Below, piece by piece: positions 38,065-47,606 of a DNA stretch of 64,000 nucleotides. The number at the start of each line of letters is the position of its first letter. Position 1 is the first letter of the stretch. Source of the stretch: Clostridia bacterium (GTDB lineage: Bacteria; Bacillota; Clostridia; Monoglobales; Monoglobaceae); NCBI GenBank assembly GCA_017620615.1, contig JAGAUW010000012.1:30221-94220 (forward strand), in the 5' to 3' direction. The notes under the pieces are model-generated. The model was given only the letters and a program-made list of their open reading frames with translations. It did not search any database and was not told the origin of the DNA. Both the position numbers and the translations under genes were made by a program.

Positions 38065-39216
38065 TTGAGCAGAAAAACAGTTAAGTGGGTTTCAGTCGTT
38101 ATTGCTTTGGTGTTTATCTTTGGAATCGTAGGGTCTTTAGCTGTTGAATTTGTGTATGCAGATACAGCACAGCAAAAGATAAATCAGGCTCAGGAAAAAA
38201 AGAACAAGGCTCAGCAGAGCCTCAATTCAAACCAGACAAAACGTGCAAAGACCCTTGCGGAGATGGAAAAGCTTGAAAAAGAAACCGGAGATATTCAGGT
38301 TCAGATAGATGCGATTGATAAAAAGATAGCCGAAACTGATAAAGAACTTCAAGTTCAGCAGGAAAAACTGGACATTGCTACAAAACGAGCAGAAGAAAAA
38401 TATAACATTTTCAAAGAACGTTTTCGTGTTATGTGCGAGCAGGGTGATGTAAGCTTTATAGAGATGCTCCTTTCCGCAAAAAGCTTCAGTGATTTCGTTG
38501 ACAAAACCGAAATTGTGAAAGAAATTTCTCAGTATGACAAGGTTATATTTGACCAGATGGAAGCGGTCCGTGCAGAAATCGAAGCTTCAAGAGATGAAAT
38601 AGCAAACCTCAAGAAAAGCCAGGAAGAGTCAAAGAGCAATCTTGATTCACAAAAGGCTGCACTTGTGAAAAAACAACAGGAACAAAAGGCATATATGCAG
38701 GAGCTTGAAAAGGACGCTGCTACGTATCAGAAGATTATTGATGAAGCAGATGCTGCAATGGAAAGCTTGAGACGTCAGATTTCAGGATCCCTCAGTTCAT
38801 CAGGCTCGGGTGCTAAATATGTGGGCGGCGAATTTGCATGGCCTACACCAAGTTGTCATTACATAACCTCACATTTTTCACCAAGAAGAAAAAATCCGGT
38901 AAGTGGTATATATAAGCGTCATACCGGCACAGATATAGGTGCAGCATACGGTGCGGCTATTGTGGCGGCAAATTCCGGCACAATTACCCTTGCCGGTTGG
39001 AACTCAGGATATGGCAACTGTGTCATTATTGACCACGGCGGCGGCAGAGCAACACTTTATGCTCATATGAGTTCATACAGTGTTTCAACAGGTCAGAGAG
39101 TTCAAAGAGGTCAGCAGATAGGAAAGGTCGGCTCTACAGGAAACTCAACAGGTCCGCATCTTCATTTTGAAGTTTTGATAAACGGAAATGCAGTTGACCC
39201 AATGCAATATTTTTAA
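38065..39216 (+). CDS. M23-family peptidoglycan DD-metalloendopeptidase with coiled-coil N-terminus (EnvC/PcsB-like)
   Basis: Long Q/K/E coiled coil followed by HTGTDIGA...GPHLHFEV (LytM motifs). Confidence 0.88.
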   Translation: MSRKTVKWVSVVIALVFIFGIVGSLAVEFVYADTAQQKINQAQEKKNKAQQSLNSNQTKRAKTLAEMEKLEKETGDIQVQIDAIDKKIAETDKELQVQQEKLDIATKRAEEKYNIFKERFRVMCEQGDVSFIEMLLSAKSFSDFVDKTEIVKEISQYDKVIFDQMEAVRAEIEASRDEIANLKKSQEESKSNLDSQKAALVKKQQEQKAYMQELEKDAATYQKIIDEADAAMESLRRQISGSLSSSGSGAKYVGGEFAWPTPSCHYITSHFSPRRKNPVSGIYKRHTGTDIGAAYGAAIVAANSGTITLAGWNSGYGNCVIIDHGGGRATLYAHMSSYSVSTGQRVQRGQQIGKVGSTGNSTGPHLHFEVLINGNAVDPMQYF

Positions 39217-39328
39217 GTTTAGTTCATAAAATATCCTTGTTTGCATAGGATATGGTATAGGCTCATCCCTTCATTTGATGAAGGGATGAACATTTTTGTA
39301 AGAAATATGCCTGAAAGGTAAGAAGGAA

Positions 39329-40501
39329 ATGTATATAAAAAAATCAGTTCTGGTTGTGTGTTCGATTGTGCTTGTTGTTGCGGTGGCAATTGGAACAGTA
39401 ATGTTGGTTAATCCATTTGGGGTTTTGAATTTTGAAGATTTTTTGAAATTCAGGGTGGGTGTTGCGGCACTTGACAGGTTTTATTATGAGAAAATAGAGC
39501 CCGAAAAACTGGTTGATGGAGCACTTCTGGGCGCAACATACAGCACCGAAGATCCATATACAGTATACATGACAAAGGATGAGGCAGAGAGCTTTATGGA
39601 GAGTGTTGAATCTGATGATTACAGCGGTGTGGGTCTTTATATAACTCCAAGTGAAGATGGTCAGGGTATCACTGTTATATCAGCACTTGCAAATTCTCCG
39701 GCGGAAGAAATGGGCATTGTATCAGGAGATAAAATTCTTGAGGTAGACGGGGAGTCGGTTAACGGCAAAAATCTTCAGCAGGTGGCAAATGAAATGAAAG
39801 GCGCCGAGGGGACAAAAGTGACCTTGAAAATACTCAAAAAGTCTACCGGAAAAACGGCAGACATTGTTTTGAAACGTGCCCAGATAAAACGCGAAACCGT
39901 TACATCAAAAATGCTTGACGACAAAAATGCATATATCCAGATAACACAGTTTGGGGTAAATACAGCGCATGAGTTTATTGAACATTTCAACACCCTTGTG
40001 GGAGATGGAATGAAACGTTTGGTTGTTGACCTTCGGAACAATCCTGGCGGGTATATGGAAATAGCGGTGGAAATAGCGGATGCCTTTATTGACGAAGGTG
40101 AAATCGTTTATACTATGGACAAAAACGGCACAAAGAACTCTCATCTGGCAAAGAAAGGAAAGACTGAACTTCCCATAGTTATTCTTATAAATGAGGGAAG
40201 TGCCAGTGCCAGTGAAATTCTGGTTGGAGCACTCTGTGACCACAATCTTGCAAAGACGGTGGGTGAAAAAACTTTTGGCAAGGGTGTGACGCAAATACCC
40301 TATGAACTCTGGGACGGCAGTGTTATAAAGATAACAAACTCAAGATACTATACACCAAAGGGTGTGTGCATTGACCATGAGGGTATTGTTCCTGATTTTG
40401 AGGTAAAAATGAGTGAAGAAGAATATTTGAATATATCGGAGTCAAACCTTTCAAACGACAGGCAACTGAAAAAAGCAGTGGAGATTTTGAATAGCAAGTA
40501 G
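39329..40501 (+). CDS. S41-family C-terminal processing peptidase
   Basis: PDZ (GIVSGDKILEVDG), LRNNPGG, GSASASEI catalytic Ser region. Confidence 0.9.
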   Translation: MYIKKSVLVVCSIVLVVAVAIGTVMLVNPFGVLNFEDFLKFRVGVAALDRFYYEKIEPEKLVDGALLGATYSTEDPYTVYMTKDEAESFMESVESDDYSGVGLYITPSEDGQGITVISALANSPAEEMGIVSGDKILEVDGESVNGKNLQQVANEMKGAEGTKVTLKILKKSTGKTADIVLKRAQIKRETVTSKMLDDKNAYIQITQFGVNTAHEFIEHFNTLVGDGMKRLVVDLRNNPGGYMEIAVEIADAFIDEGEIVYTMDKNGTKNSHLAKKGKTELPIVILINEGSASASEILVGALCDHNLAKTVGEKTFGKGVTQIPYELWDGSVIKITNSRYYTPKGVCIDHEGIVPDFEVKMSEEEYLNISESNLSNDRQLKKAVEILNSK

Positions 40502-40526
40502 TTTTTTAAGCGGAGAGATTTTCAAA

Positions 40527-41261
40527 ATGGTGAGAATAGGTATTTTGGACCTACGCCGGAAAAAATGCCCATTGTGGTTTTGGAGAAGGTATCAGAAAGA
40601 ATTCATTATTTCTCATGAAAATCCTTTTGAGGTGGTGGGAATAAGGATTCCGTGCAGCCAAGGGCAATTTGAAAAACTTAAGCCCAAAACTCAAAAAAAA
40701 CTTGTGGAAAAAGCAAAGAAAAAGCTTATTAAAGAGAATGTATCAGAAATTATTTTCTCAAAGACGCTGAAAAAATATTGTGCATTTGACGAAGTGATTG
40801 AGGAAAAAAGAAAACAGATTTTTTTGTCTATGATTCCGGAATGCATACGGATTTTAACGGGAAAATATGGAATAAAACTTCCCGTTGATGAAATTTGTAT
40901 AAAGAATGAACGGATGGACAGAATAAATGGGTATTTCTTAGACGAAATTTGTTATGATGCCGCGAGAATAAGAATATGCACCGAAAACACAGAAAAGGCA
41001 AAAAGCATTTGTGAGAGGTTTTATGATGACACCGGACTCCCGGTGCGGGTTACGAAAAATCCCGAAACTGTGGATGCAGATATTTTCATAGATGCCGATA
41101 TTATGCGGCTTTGCATAGGGACAGACATCCTGATTGACGGAAACAAATTTGAGATGTCGTTGGGCGATTACGTCGTTGATTGTCTGGATGTTGCTCTGTG
41201 TGTTAAAAATGTAGATTTCAGAAAGAGAATTTTGTCATATTTTTCGGTCAAAAAAAGTTGA
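40527..41261 (+). CDS. Hypothetical protein
   Basis: 244-aa ORF with no recognisable motif. Confidence 0.45.
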   Translation: MVRIGILDLRRKKCPLWFWRRYQKEFIISHENPFEVVGIRIPCSQGQFEKLKPKTQKKLVEKAKKKLIKENVSEIIFSKTLKKYCAFDEVIEEKRKQIFLSMIPECIRILTGKYGIKLPVDEICIKNERMDRINGYFLDEICYDAARIRICTENTEKAKSICERFYDDTGLPVRVTKNPETVDADIFIDADIMRLCIGTDILIDGNKFEMSLGDYVVDCLDVALCVKNVDFRKRILSYFSVKKS

Positions 41262-41383
41262 CTTTATACCAATGATGATATATAATATATAAATTGTGTG
41301 AACAAAATGATGCGTTAGAGCGCTTTATCCGCCCACGGTAAGGCAAGACAAATTATTATGTGGGCAGGAAGGCAAGAAATAAA

Positions 41384-41860
41384 ATGGATAACAAACAGAT
41401 TATGCTTACCGATGAAGGACTTTTGAAACTTGAGCAGGAGCTTGAAAACCTCAAGACCAAAAAGCGCCAGGAAGTGGCTGAAAAAATAAAGGTAGCCCGT
41501 GGCTTTGGCGATTTGTCAGAAAATTCTGAATATGATGCCGCCAAAGAAGAACAGGCTCAGGTTGAGGCAAGAATTGTTCAGCTCGAAAATATGCTCAAAA
41601 ACGCAAAGGTTATCGACAACGATGAAATTGACCTCAACGTTGTCAGCATAGGAACACGTGTAACAGTTTTTGACGAAGAATTTGAAGAAGAAATTGAATA
41701 CAGCATTGTGGGCTCAACCGAGGCTGACCCTGATGCATTCAAAATTTCGGATGAGTCACCTGTGGGCAGAGCTCTTATCGGCAAGAAAATTGATGACATT
41801 GTGGATGTTGAGACTCCGGGTGGGGTTATTAAATTCAAGATCTTAAGCATAAACAAATAG
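41384..41860 (+). CDS. greA: Transcription elongation factor GreA
   Basis: [24 protein letters not shown]...[16 protein letters not shown]. Strong promoter TTGACT-17-TATAAT at 41258-41286. Confidence 0.93.
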   Translation: MDNKQIMLTDEGLLKLEQELENLKTKKRQEVAEKIKVARGFGDLSENSEYDAAKEEQAQVEARIVQLENMLKNAKVIDNDEIDLNVVSIGTRVTVFDEEFEEEIEYSIVGSTEADPDAFKISDESPVGRALIGKKIDDIVDVETPGGVIKFKILSINK

Positions 41861-41874
41861 ATAGGAGAATTAAC

Positions 41875-43371
41875 GTGAACGAAAACAACAGACAAAATGA
41901 GCAGGTACAGGATATTGGTCAGCTTATGAAGGTAAGACGTGAAAAGCTTGCAGAACTTCAGGAAATGGGCGAAGATCCTTTTGAGGTCACAACCTATGAC
42001 AGAAATGCATATACAGCAGATATCATTGAAAAGTTTGAAGAATATGAAGGAAAGAATGTAAGCATCGCAGGACGTCTTATGTCAAAGCGCGTTATGGGAA
42101 AGGCTTCCTTCTTTGATCTCAGAGACATAAATGGAAAGGTTCAGCTTTATGTTACCCGTGACGATATGGGTGAAGAGGCTTACAGAAAATTCAAAAGACT
42201 TGATATTGGTGACATCGTGGGTGTTAAGGGTGAAGTTTTCAGAACTCAGAAAGGTGAAATTTCTGTGAGAACAAATGAATATGTTCTTCTCAGCAAATCT
42301 CTCCAGCCCCTGCCCGAAAAATTCCATGGAATGACAAATACTGACCTGAGATACAGACAGCGTTATATTGATATTATTATGAACGAGGACGTGAAAGACA
42401 CCTTTATCAAACGTTCAAAGATTATATCAACAATCCGCAAATATTTGGATGCGCAAGGCTTTCTTGAAGTTGAAACACCAATGCTGGTGGCGAATGCGGG
42501 TGGCGCTGCTGCACGTCCTTTTGAAACACACTTCAATGCTCTTGACGAGGATTTCAAACTGAGAATTTCTCTCGAACTTTACTTAAAGCGACTGATTGTC
42601 GGCGGACTTGAAAAGGTTTATGAAATCGGCAGAGTTTTCCGCAATGAGGGCCTTGACACAAGACATAATCCGGAGTTTACACTTATGGAACTCTATCAGG
42701 CATACACAGACTATTACGGCATGATGGATTTGACAGAGAATCTGTTTCGCCATGTTGCGAATGAAGTTCTCGGCACTACAAAGATTTCTTATAACGGCGT
42801 TGAAATGGATCTTGGCAAGCCTTTTGAAAGAATAACTATGGTTGAAGCAGTTAAGAAATATTCAGGCGTTGACTTTGACCTTATCAAAGATGCAGATGAG
42901 GCAAAGAAAGTTGCGGACGAGCATCATGTTGAATATGAGAAGCACCACAAGAAGGGTGACATTCTGAATCTGTTCTTTGAAGAGTTTGTTGAAGAACACC
43001 TGATTCAGCCAACATTTGTTATGGACCATCCCATTGAAATTTCTCCTCTCACAAAGAAAAAGCCGGGCAATCCCGATTATGTTGAGAGATTTGAGTTCTT
43101 TATGAACGGATGGGAAATGGCAAACGCTTATTCCGAGCTTAATGACCCCATTGACCAGAGAGAGCGTTTCAAGGCGCAGGAAGAACTTCTGGCTCTGGGC
43201 GACAGTGAAGCAAACACCACCGATGAGGATTTCATGAAGGCACTGGAAATCGGTATGCCCCCAACGGGAGGAATCGGTTACGGCATCGACAGAATGACAA
43301 TGCTATTGACAGATTCAGCAGCAATCCGTGACGTTTTGCTCTTCCCCACAATGAAGCCGTTGGATAAGTAA
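41875..43371 (+). CDS. lysS: Lysine-tRNA ligase (class II)
   Basis: 498 aa: ...RYRQRYIDII...FRNEG...GGIGYGIDRMTMLL.... GTG start. The last 9 codons lie in attL. Confidence 0.95.
   Translation: MNENNRQNEQVQDIGQLMKVRREKLAELQEMGEDPFEVTTYDRNAYTADIIEKFEEYEGKNVSIAGRLMSKRVMGKASFFDLRDINGKVQLYVTRDDMGEEAYRKFKRLDIGDIVGVKGEVFRTQKGEISVRTNEYVLLSKSLQPLPEKFHGMTNTDLRYRQRYIDIIMNEDVKDTFIKRSKIISTIRKYLDAQGFLEVETPMLVANAGGAAARPFETHFNALDEDFKLRISLELYLKRLIVGGLEKVYEIGRVFRNEGLDTRHNPEFTLMELYQAYTDYYGMMDLTENLFRHVANEVLGTTKISYNGVEMDLGKPFERITMVEAVKKYSGVDFDLIKDADEAKKVADEHHVEYEKHHKKGDILNLFFEEFVEEHLIQPTFVMDHPIEISPLTKKKPGNPDYVERFEFFMNGWEMANAYSELNDPIDQRERFKAQEELLALGDSEANTTDEDFMKALEIGMPPTGGIGYGIDRMTMLLTDSAAIRDVLLFPTMKPLDK
43345..43371. 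repeat. attL: 27-nt lysS 3'-end segment duplicated at 63862-63888
   Basis: cccACAATGAAGCCGttggataagtaa versus cctACAATGAAGCCGcttgataaataa. 23/27 identical with a 12-nt exact core. Both encode PTMKPLDK-stop. Confidence 0.8.
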
Positions 43372-43404
43372 ACCGCATAAAATCAAGGTTTTCGAGGTGT
43401 TGGT

Positions 43405-43432
43405 GACACCATTTGACACCTTTTTGACACCA
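43405..43432. repeat. Three direct GACACC(A) repeats at the island left end (candidate integrase arm sites)
   Basis: GACACC at 43405, 43415 and 43426. The same heptamer occurs three times at 63714-63741. Confidence 0.6.
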
Positions 43433-43549
43433 TTTTATGCAGGATTATATGCAGAAAAAAGCACCTAACATTTAAAAATTTGGTTGTATCAATTTGATTT
43501 AAAAATCATTTTGATTCAGCCTTTTTTATTGCCGTAATCTCTGTTAACG

Positions 43550-43578
43550 TTGACATTTTTATTTAAGCGCGGTATGAT
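43550..43578 (+). promoter_or_regulatory. Promoter of the first island operon
   Basis: TTGACA - 17 nt - TATGAT. Confidence 0.6.
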
Positions 43579-43613
43579 GAGACCCCAATATTTATAAAAA
43601 AGGACGTGATTAT

Positions 43614-43904
43614 ATGAGTGTAAAAGAAATGCTGTGGTGTGAAGTGAAGGAAAATAGCACACCGACATTAAACTTTGAGTATCAACGCACAAAGGCAAGA
43701 CTGGATGATGGCGTTACTGCACTTATGGAGGGGTTAACTTCTGCACAGCGGGTTATGTTAGACCAGACCATCCTGCAACCAATAGACAGCCTTCTTGAAC
43801 TTCAACAGATGTTGACTTTTGATGCGACCTTTTCAGTACTTAACAGGTCGTGGCGTGAGTTACTGTTGGGTGAAAGATTTGAACCCGAAGATTTTGAGGT
43901 GTGA
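43614..43904 (+). CDS. Hypothetical protein (96 aa)
   Basis: ORF with RBS AAAGGA. No recognisable motif. Confidence 0.5.
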   Translation: MSVKEMLWCEVKENSTPTLNFEYQRTKARLDDGVTALMEGLTSAQRVMLDQTILQPIDSLLELQQMLTFDATFSVLNRSWRELLLGERFEPEDFEV

Positions 43905-44263
43905 GTATGTTTGATTTTGATGAATACGAAAATTTGGACGATTACACCTTTACCTATCCCACACTTGAAGTTCTACAACACACTTATCATAAAGGACTGA
44001 AACAGAAAGATAAATCCTTGCCTACCTGCTGCTTTCAAGACTTTATAATACGACATACAAAATTCCGAATTCAACATGGGTATAGGCGTTACAGAGAATT
44101 CGAGCCAGAATGGGAAACCCTATATATGCTTATATCTGAAATCAAGAAAGATTATAAAGGGAAATCCGATACTGTTTCTCTGGAAAAAGCCGTAATCCTT
44201 TTCGACCAAGCACTCCTTCTTTTTCACGAAGGCAACCCCTTACCATCCTATCTAATTACATAA
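43901..44263 (+). CDS. Hypothetical protein (120 aa)
   Basis: Start overlaps the upstream stop (GTGTGA), or uses ATG 43907. No recognisable motif. Confidence 0.5.
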   Translation: MSMFDFDEYENLDDYTFTYPTLEVLQHTYHKGLKQKDKSLPTCCFQDFIIRHTKFRIQHGYRRYREFEPEWETLYMLISEIKKDYKGKSDTVSLEKAVILFDQALLLFHEGNPLPSYLIT

Positions 44264-44275
44264 CTCTAACAATTT

Positions 44276-44315
44276 AACGCCCGGTAGCGTACGCTACTGG
44301 GCGTTATCCGTTTTT
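44276..44315 (+). terminator. Terminator (long palindromic stem)
   Basis: aacgcccggtagcg/cgctactgggcgtt followed by atccgttttt. Confidence 0.75.
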
Positions 44316-44439
44316 ATGGAAAAAATATTCGGACAGTGAAGGGGAACATTGAGGGCACATGCTGATTTTTGACACATCTACTTTTATATTAAGAGACAGT
44401 AAAAAATTACTGATTTTATTTAGATTGTGGGGTTTTGTG

Positions 44440-44640
44440 ATGACTAATGATATGAAAAATTCTCATTTGAAATTAAGAATACCTGCTGATAAAAAAGAAC
44501 AAATCAGACAATGCGCTTATTCAAAAGGTTTGTCAATGAGTTCTTTCATCAGGTATGTTTTAAGTGAGTACATTAATGAATTTGCAGTTCAGGATGATAA
44601 GACTAATTATAATATTGGGGGAATTAGAAATGAAAGATGA
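44440..44640 (+). CDS. Ribbon-helix-helix (CopG/MobC-like) DNA-binding protein
   Basis: ...HLKLRIPADKKEQIRQCAYSKGLSMSSFIRYVLSEY... shows a beta-strand/helix/helix pattern. Confidence 0.6.
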   Translation: MTNDMKNSHLKLRIPADKKEQIRQCAYSKGLSMSSFIRYVLSEYINEFAVQDDKTNYNIGGIRNER

Positions 44641-44998
44641 GTTAGTTAAAGTAGGTTCTTTAGAAGATTGTACTGAATATTCAGTTTGTCAGGATTGTCC
44701 TTTCGGAAAAGATTGTGAAATTGAAGATGAGTATGATGATGGGTGCGAAGACTGTCCTTGTTTCAATAACGGTTTTGATATGGGTTTTCGTCAAGGGAGC
44801 AAAATTGCTCGTGAAGAACTCATGGATGATATTTATATTGATGGGTATAGGATAGGTAAAATTGATGACATCAAGCATAAGGTCATCGCATTAGGTTCCG
44901 ATAACTCGGAGAAAGTTAATGAAATTTTAAAGGATTTAAGCGACCTTATTAAAGATTTTGCTATGGATGCTGTGAATGAATATTTAGGTTATAGGTAA
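44630..44998 (+). CDS. Hypothetical Cys/acidic-rich protein, 'EYLGY' family copy 1
   Basis: 122 aa ending ...DFAMDAVNEYLGYR. Paralogous to 46895-47359 (GFDMGFRQG vs GFEKGYEQA; DGYRIG vs DGYKDC; the same C-terminal EYLGY). Start overlaps the RHH stop. Confidence 0.55.
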   Translation: MKDELVKVGSLEDCTEYSVCQDCPFGKDCEIEDEYDDGCEDCPCFNNGFDMGFRQGSKIAREELMDDIYIDGYRIGKIDDIKHKVIALGSDNSEKVNEILKDLSDLIKDFAMDAVNEYLGYR

Positions 44999-45011
44999 GG
45001 CGGTGGCGGCG

Positions 45012-45170
45012 ATGAAAAAGAAAAATGTAAAATACCCTTACGGGAAAGCAGTTAAGGTTTGTGAAGATTGTTGTTCTGTTGATGTCGGAACAAAAAGAAA
45101 ATGCCGTTATTGCGGCGGTAAATTGATAAAGATAGAAGGGATTGTTTGTTATGGATATAAGGTTGATTAA
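45012..45170 (+). CDS. Small zinc-ribbon protein (52 aa)
   Basis: Own translation: MKKKNVKYPYGKAVKVCEDCCSVDVGTKRKCRYCGGKLIKIEGIVCYGYKVD (CxxC...CxxC). Below the ORF-track size cut-off. Overlaps the next start. Confidence 0.5.
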   Translation: MKKKNVKYPYGKAVKVCEDCCSVDVGTKRKCRYCGGKLIKIEGIVCYGYKVD

Positions 45171-46128
45171 TAGGGAAACTGCAGAAAGCCTAATTTCAAA
45201 GGCTTATAGGGAAACAAAGAAATTTTTGAAGATATTAAATACATCTGAGGATGAAATGTTCAAGTTATTTATGGATAAAAAGCCTGCTTTGGTAAAGGCA
45301 GCAAAAGATTATATTAGATTTACAAATAAATTTTCACCTAATGAAGTAGATGATGTGCTTGAAGAGTTCACAGTTCTCTCTAAAAATTTGATTAAAGCAT
45401 TTGATTTTTACGATATATGTCAAGCAAGAGATTGGATTTCCGATGCTTTTATATTTGGAAAGAAAACGCCTCTTTTTCTGGCTATGGAGTGCATCTTTAA
45501 TGTATCGATTTTTAGAGAACAAGGAATACAAAGACGCTTTACAAATTTATATAATATATCAAAAAATATTTTTGAGTTTAAAGAAGGCGAATATTTTTTA
45601 TATGCTAAACCGCATATTTACTATGTGGATGCATACAGAGGTAGAATATTGAAGTGCAAAAAGAAAATATTAGATTTTGAGGGTTTTGATGGTGATTGTT
45701 ATAATGTGCATTACAATGCCAAAAAGAAAATTTATGATGATAGAGTATTGGTCGGGAATTGGGCTGATGCCGTTCACAACAAGAAAAGTGGTGGCAAAAA
45801 CGGAACCGTTTATAAATATGTGAACTTTTCAAGCAAGAAGTATATTGATACATATGGTGGCAAGACCTTTAATGTTCCAGCACATCAGGTTATTATGTTG
45901 TGTTGGTATGGACTTAATGCGATGAAGTTCTGCATCGGCTCAGGGTCTCTGCTCACAATAGACCATATAGATGGGGATGCTTTCAACAACTCAATATTTA
46001 ATCTTGCTATGGTTTCACGTGTTGCTAATGCTAAAAAAGGTGGCGGAGATTTTAAGGCGGTAAATTTTTTGCAACTTTTTCACTTGATGGATATATGCCA
46101 CGTGCCTATTTCGTACAGATTTTACTAA
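45151..46128 (+). CDS. HNH endonuclease-domain protein with ~230-aa unknown N-terminal region
   Basis: C-terminus ...AHQVIMLCWYG...LLTIDHIDGDAFNNSIFNLAMVSRVANAKKG fits the HNH_3-type H-N-N motif. Confidence 0.7.
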   Translation: MDIRLINRETAESLISKAYRETKKFLKILNTSEDEMFKLFMDKKPALVKAAKDYIRFTNKFSPNEVDDVLEEFTVLSKNLIKAFDFYDICQARDWISDAFIFGKKTPLFLAMECIFNVSIFREQGIQRRFTNLYNISKNIFEFKEGEYFLYAKPHIYYVDAYRGRILKCKKKILDFEGFDGDCYNVHYNAKKKIYDDRVLVGNWADAVHNKKSGGKNGTVYKYVNFSSKKYIDTYGGKTFNVPAHQVIMLCWYGLNAMKFCIGSGSLLTIDHIDGDAFNNSIFNLAMVSRVANAKKGGGDFKAVNFLQLFHLMDICHVPISYRFY

Positions 46129-46460
46129 AATTTTTATCCGAGAGAGTTCGGGTGTCTGAACTCTCTCAAAAAGAAAATAAAAATTTTTAAATTATTTTTT
46201 GAAAAAATTTTTACAATTTTTGCGGTGTTTTGCTTGTCATAGTGGTTTTTTCTACAGTTGTTATAAAAAAGTAGATGCATATAAATTTTTTAAGTGGACA
46301 TAAATTATTTCTACTTGTTTATCTATTAATAAGAGACAATATAAATATAGTATATAATATATAACAACTTTGAAGAACCTAAACAATCTATAACATTTGG
46401 AAATATAATCTCTTGGGATATGTCAGGTAGGAGTGCTGGATGTGTCGGGTGGAGCTGGCG

Positions 46461-46482
46461 ATAAAGAGTAAATAGTGGGTAG
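46461..46482 (+). repeat. Island motif copy 1: ATAAAGAGTAAATAGTGGGTAG
   Basis: Direct repeat shared with 47368-47394 and 59452-59478. Confidence 0.7.
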
Positions 46483-46520
46483 TTTTTAGTGAATAATTTT
46501 TAAGAAAGCAGGTTTTTGTT

Positions 46521-46697
46521 ATGAATGATATAGATGTAAAAGAATATTTTGATGAAGAAGATTGCGATGCAATTATTTTGTATTTAATTGATAAAGCGGA
46601 TTTGTCGTACGGACAAGCGTTACAGGTTTTGGAGATGCTTGGTAGAATGGTAAATATTGCGGCTACGCGTATAGCAAAAGAGATGGGTGTGATTTGA
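46521..46697 (+). CDS. Small hypothetical protein (58 aa)
   Basis: Own translation: MNDIDVKEYFDEEDCDAIILYLIDKADLSYGQALQVLEMLGRMVNIAATRIAKEMGVI. Its stop abuts the next ATG. Confidence 0.45.
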   Translation: MNDIDVKEYFDEEDCDAIILYLIDKADLSYGQALQVLEMLGRMVNIAATRIAKEMGVI

Positions 46698-46698
46698 G

Positions 46699-46857
46699 AT
46701 GGTCAGATTTATTAGAGTATTTTGTCCTTATTGCAAAGCGCAACTTCCCGTACAGTTACACTACAAAAATTATGGTTATTTGTGGACGGAGTGCGGAAGA
46801 TGCGGCAAAGGCGTGTATGTTTACAAGCAGAAAGCCGTTGATGAGCGCAGGAAGTAA
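46699..46857 (+). CDS. Small zinc-ribbon protein (52 aa), second copy of the theme
   Basis: Own translation: MVRFIRVFCPYCKAQLPVQLHYKNYGYLWTECGRCGKGVYVYKQKAVDERRK (CxxC...CxxC). Preferred over the overlapping 66-aa ORF 46694-46894. Confidence 0.5.
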   Translation: MVRFIRVFCPYCKAQLPVQLHYKNYGYLWTECGRCGKGVYVYKQKAVDERRK

Positions 46858-46894
46858 GTGGTTACGGGTGATAAGACTAAATTTTCAGGAGTGA

Positions 46895-47359
46895 ATGATA
46901 ATGAAAAATAATATAGAACAAAAGCAATGCTCTTTTGAGCGTGGTTTTGAAAAAGGTTATGAACAGGCGATGATTGATTGCAGAGATGGCGCTGAAACTT
47001 CATATCTTGACGGGTACAAAGATTGTTTCTACGGGGAGCCACCTGCGGTAGAGGACGATGAGATAAGAGAGATTTTGTCAGAACAGCCACTAACTCCAAA
47101 GGTTTGCAGAGTTAATAACAATGTGGAAAAAGTCGTGAATGGCGACTTATATGTATCTGGTAAAATTCTTTGTATGATAGAAGATGCAAAAGAAAAAATA
47201 CATAATATTCGTAAGAAAATTTATTCGTCAGGTATTAGTGGTGAAACAGAACAGAGAAAATGTGCTATTGACTTGCTTACTGTGGTAGATTTGCTTGATA
47301 AAGTTCAGCACGAGTACACTTCTGATGCACTATATGAGTATCTGGGTTATATGGAATAA
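46895..47359 (+). CDS. Hypothetical protein, 'EYLGY' family copy 2
   Basis: 154 aa ending ...TSDALYEYLGYME. RBS AGGAG. ATG 46901 is also possible. Confidence 0.55.
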   Translation: MIMKNNIEQKQCSFERGFEKGYEQAMIDCRDGAETSYLDGYKDCFYGEPPAVEDDEIREILSEQPLTPKVCRVNNNVEKVVNGDLYVSGKILCMIEDAKEKIHNIRKKIYSSGISGETEQRKCAIDLLTVVDLLDKVQHEYTSDALYEYLGYME

Positions 47360-47367
47360 GATATATT

Positions 47368-47394
47368 ATAAAGAATATTTAGTGGGTATAAATA
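47368..47394 (+). repeat. Island motif copy 2: ATAAAGAATATTTAGTGGGTATAAATA
   Basis: See copy 1. Confidence 0.7.
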
Positions 47395-47502
47395 CCTTGC
47401 AATATACCTACCACCATGTGAGTGGGTACGGGTTTGCGTAGGGTTTTATATATACAGGTCAAAATCTTTTGACCAAATTCTTACTCATTTAATTAATCAG
47501 AA

Positions 47503-47535
47503 CATAGAGCAGAACGCGGTGCGTTCTGCTCTATG
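47503..47535. terminator. Perfect 15-bp hairpin at the convergent gene junction
   Basis: catagagcagaacgc-ggt-gcgttctgctctatg. Confidence 0.65.
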
Positions 47536-47551
47536 CCATTAAAAAGAAAAA

Positions 47552-47581
47552 GGTAACATTTCCGGCACCGGAAATGTTACC
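47552..47581. terminator. Perfect 14-bp hairpin; T-run on the minus strand terminates the methyltransferase operon
   Basis: ggtaacatttccgg-cac-ccggaaatgttacc. The minus-strand tail is tttttcttttt. Confidence 0.75.
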
Positions 47582-47606
47582 TTTACGCTTGCTTTAACAA
47601 CTCTTA

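Noticed and set aside
41287-41383. Structured leader upstream of greA (gcccac...gtgggc pairing)
   Set aside because: It has only a 6-bp stem with a ~25-nt loop and no terminator. This is insufficient to call a regulatory RNA.
46694-46894. 66-aa ORF from the ORF track
   Set aside because: It has a TTG start, no RBS and odd composition. The overlapping frame 46699-46857 gives a clean CxxC...CxxC zinc-ribbon protein that abuts the upstream stop and mirrors the 45012-45170 gene.
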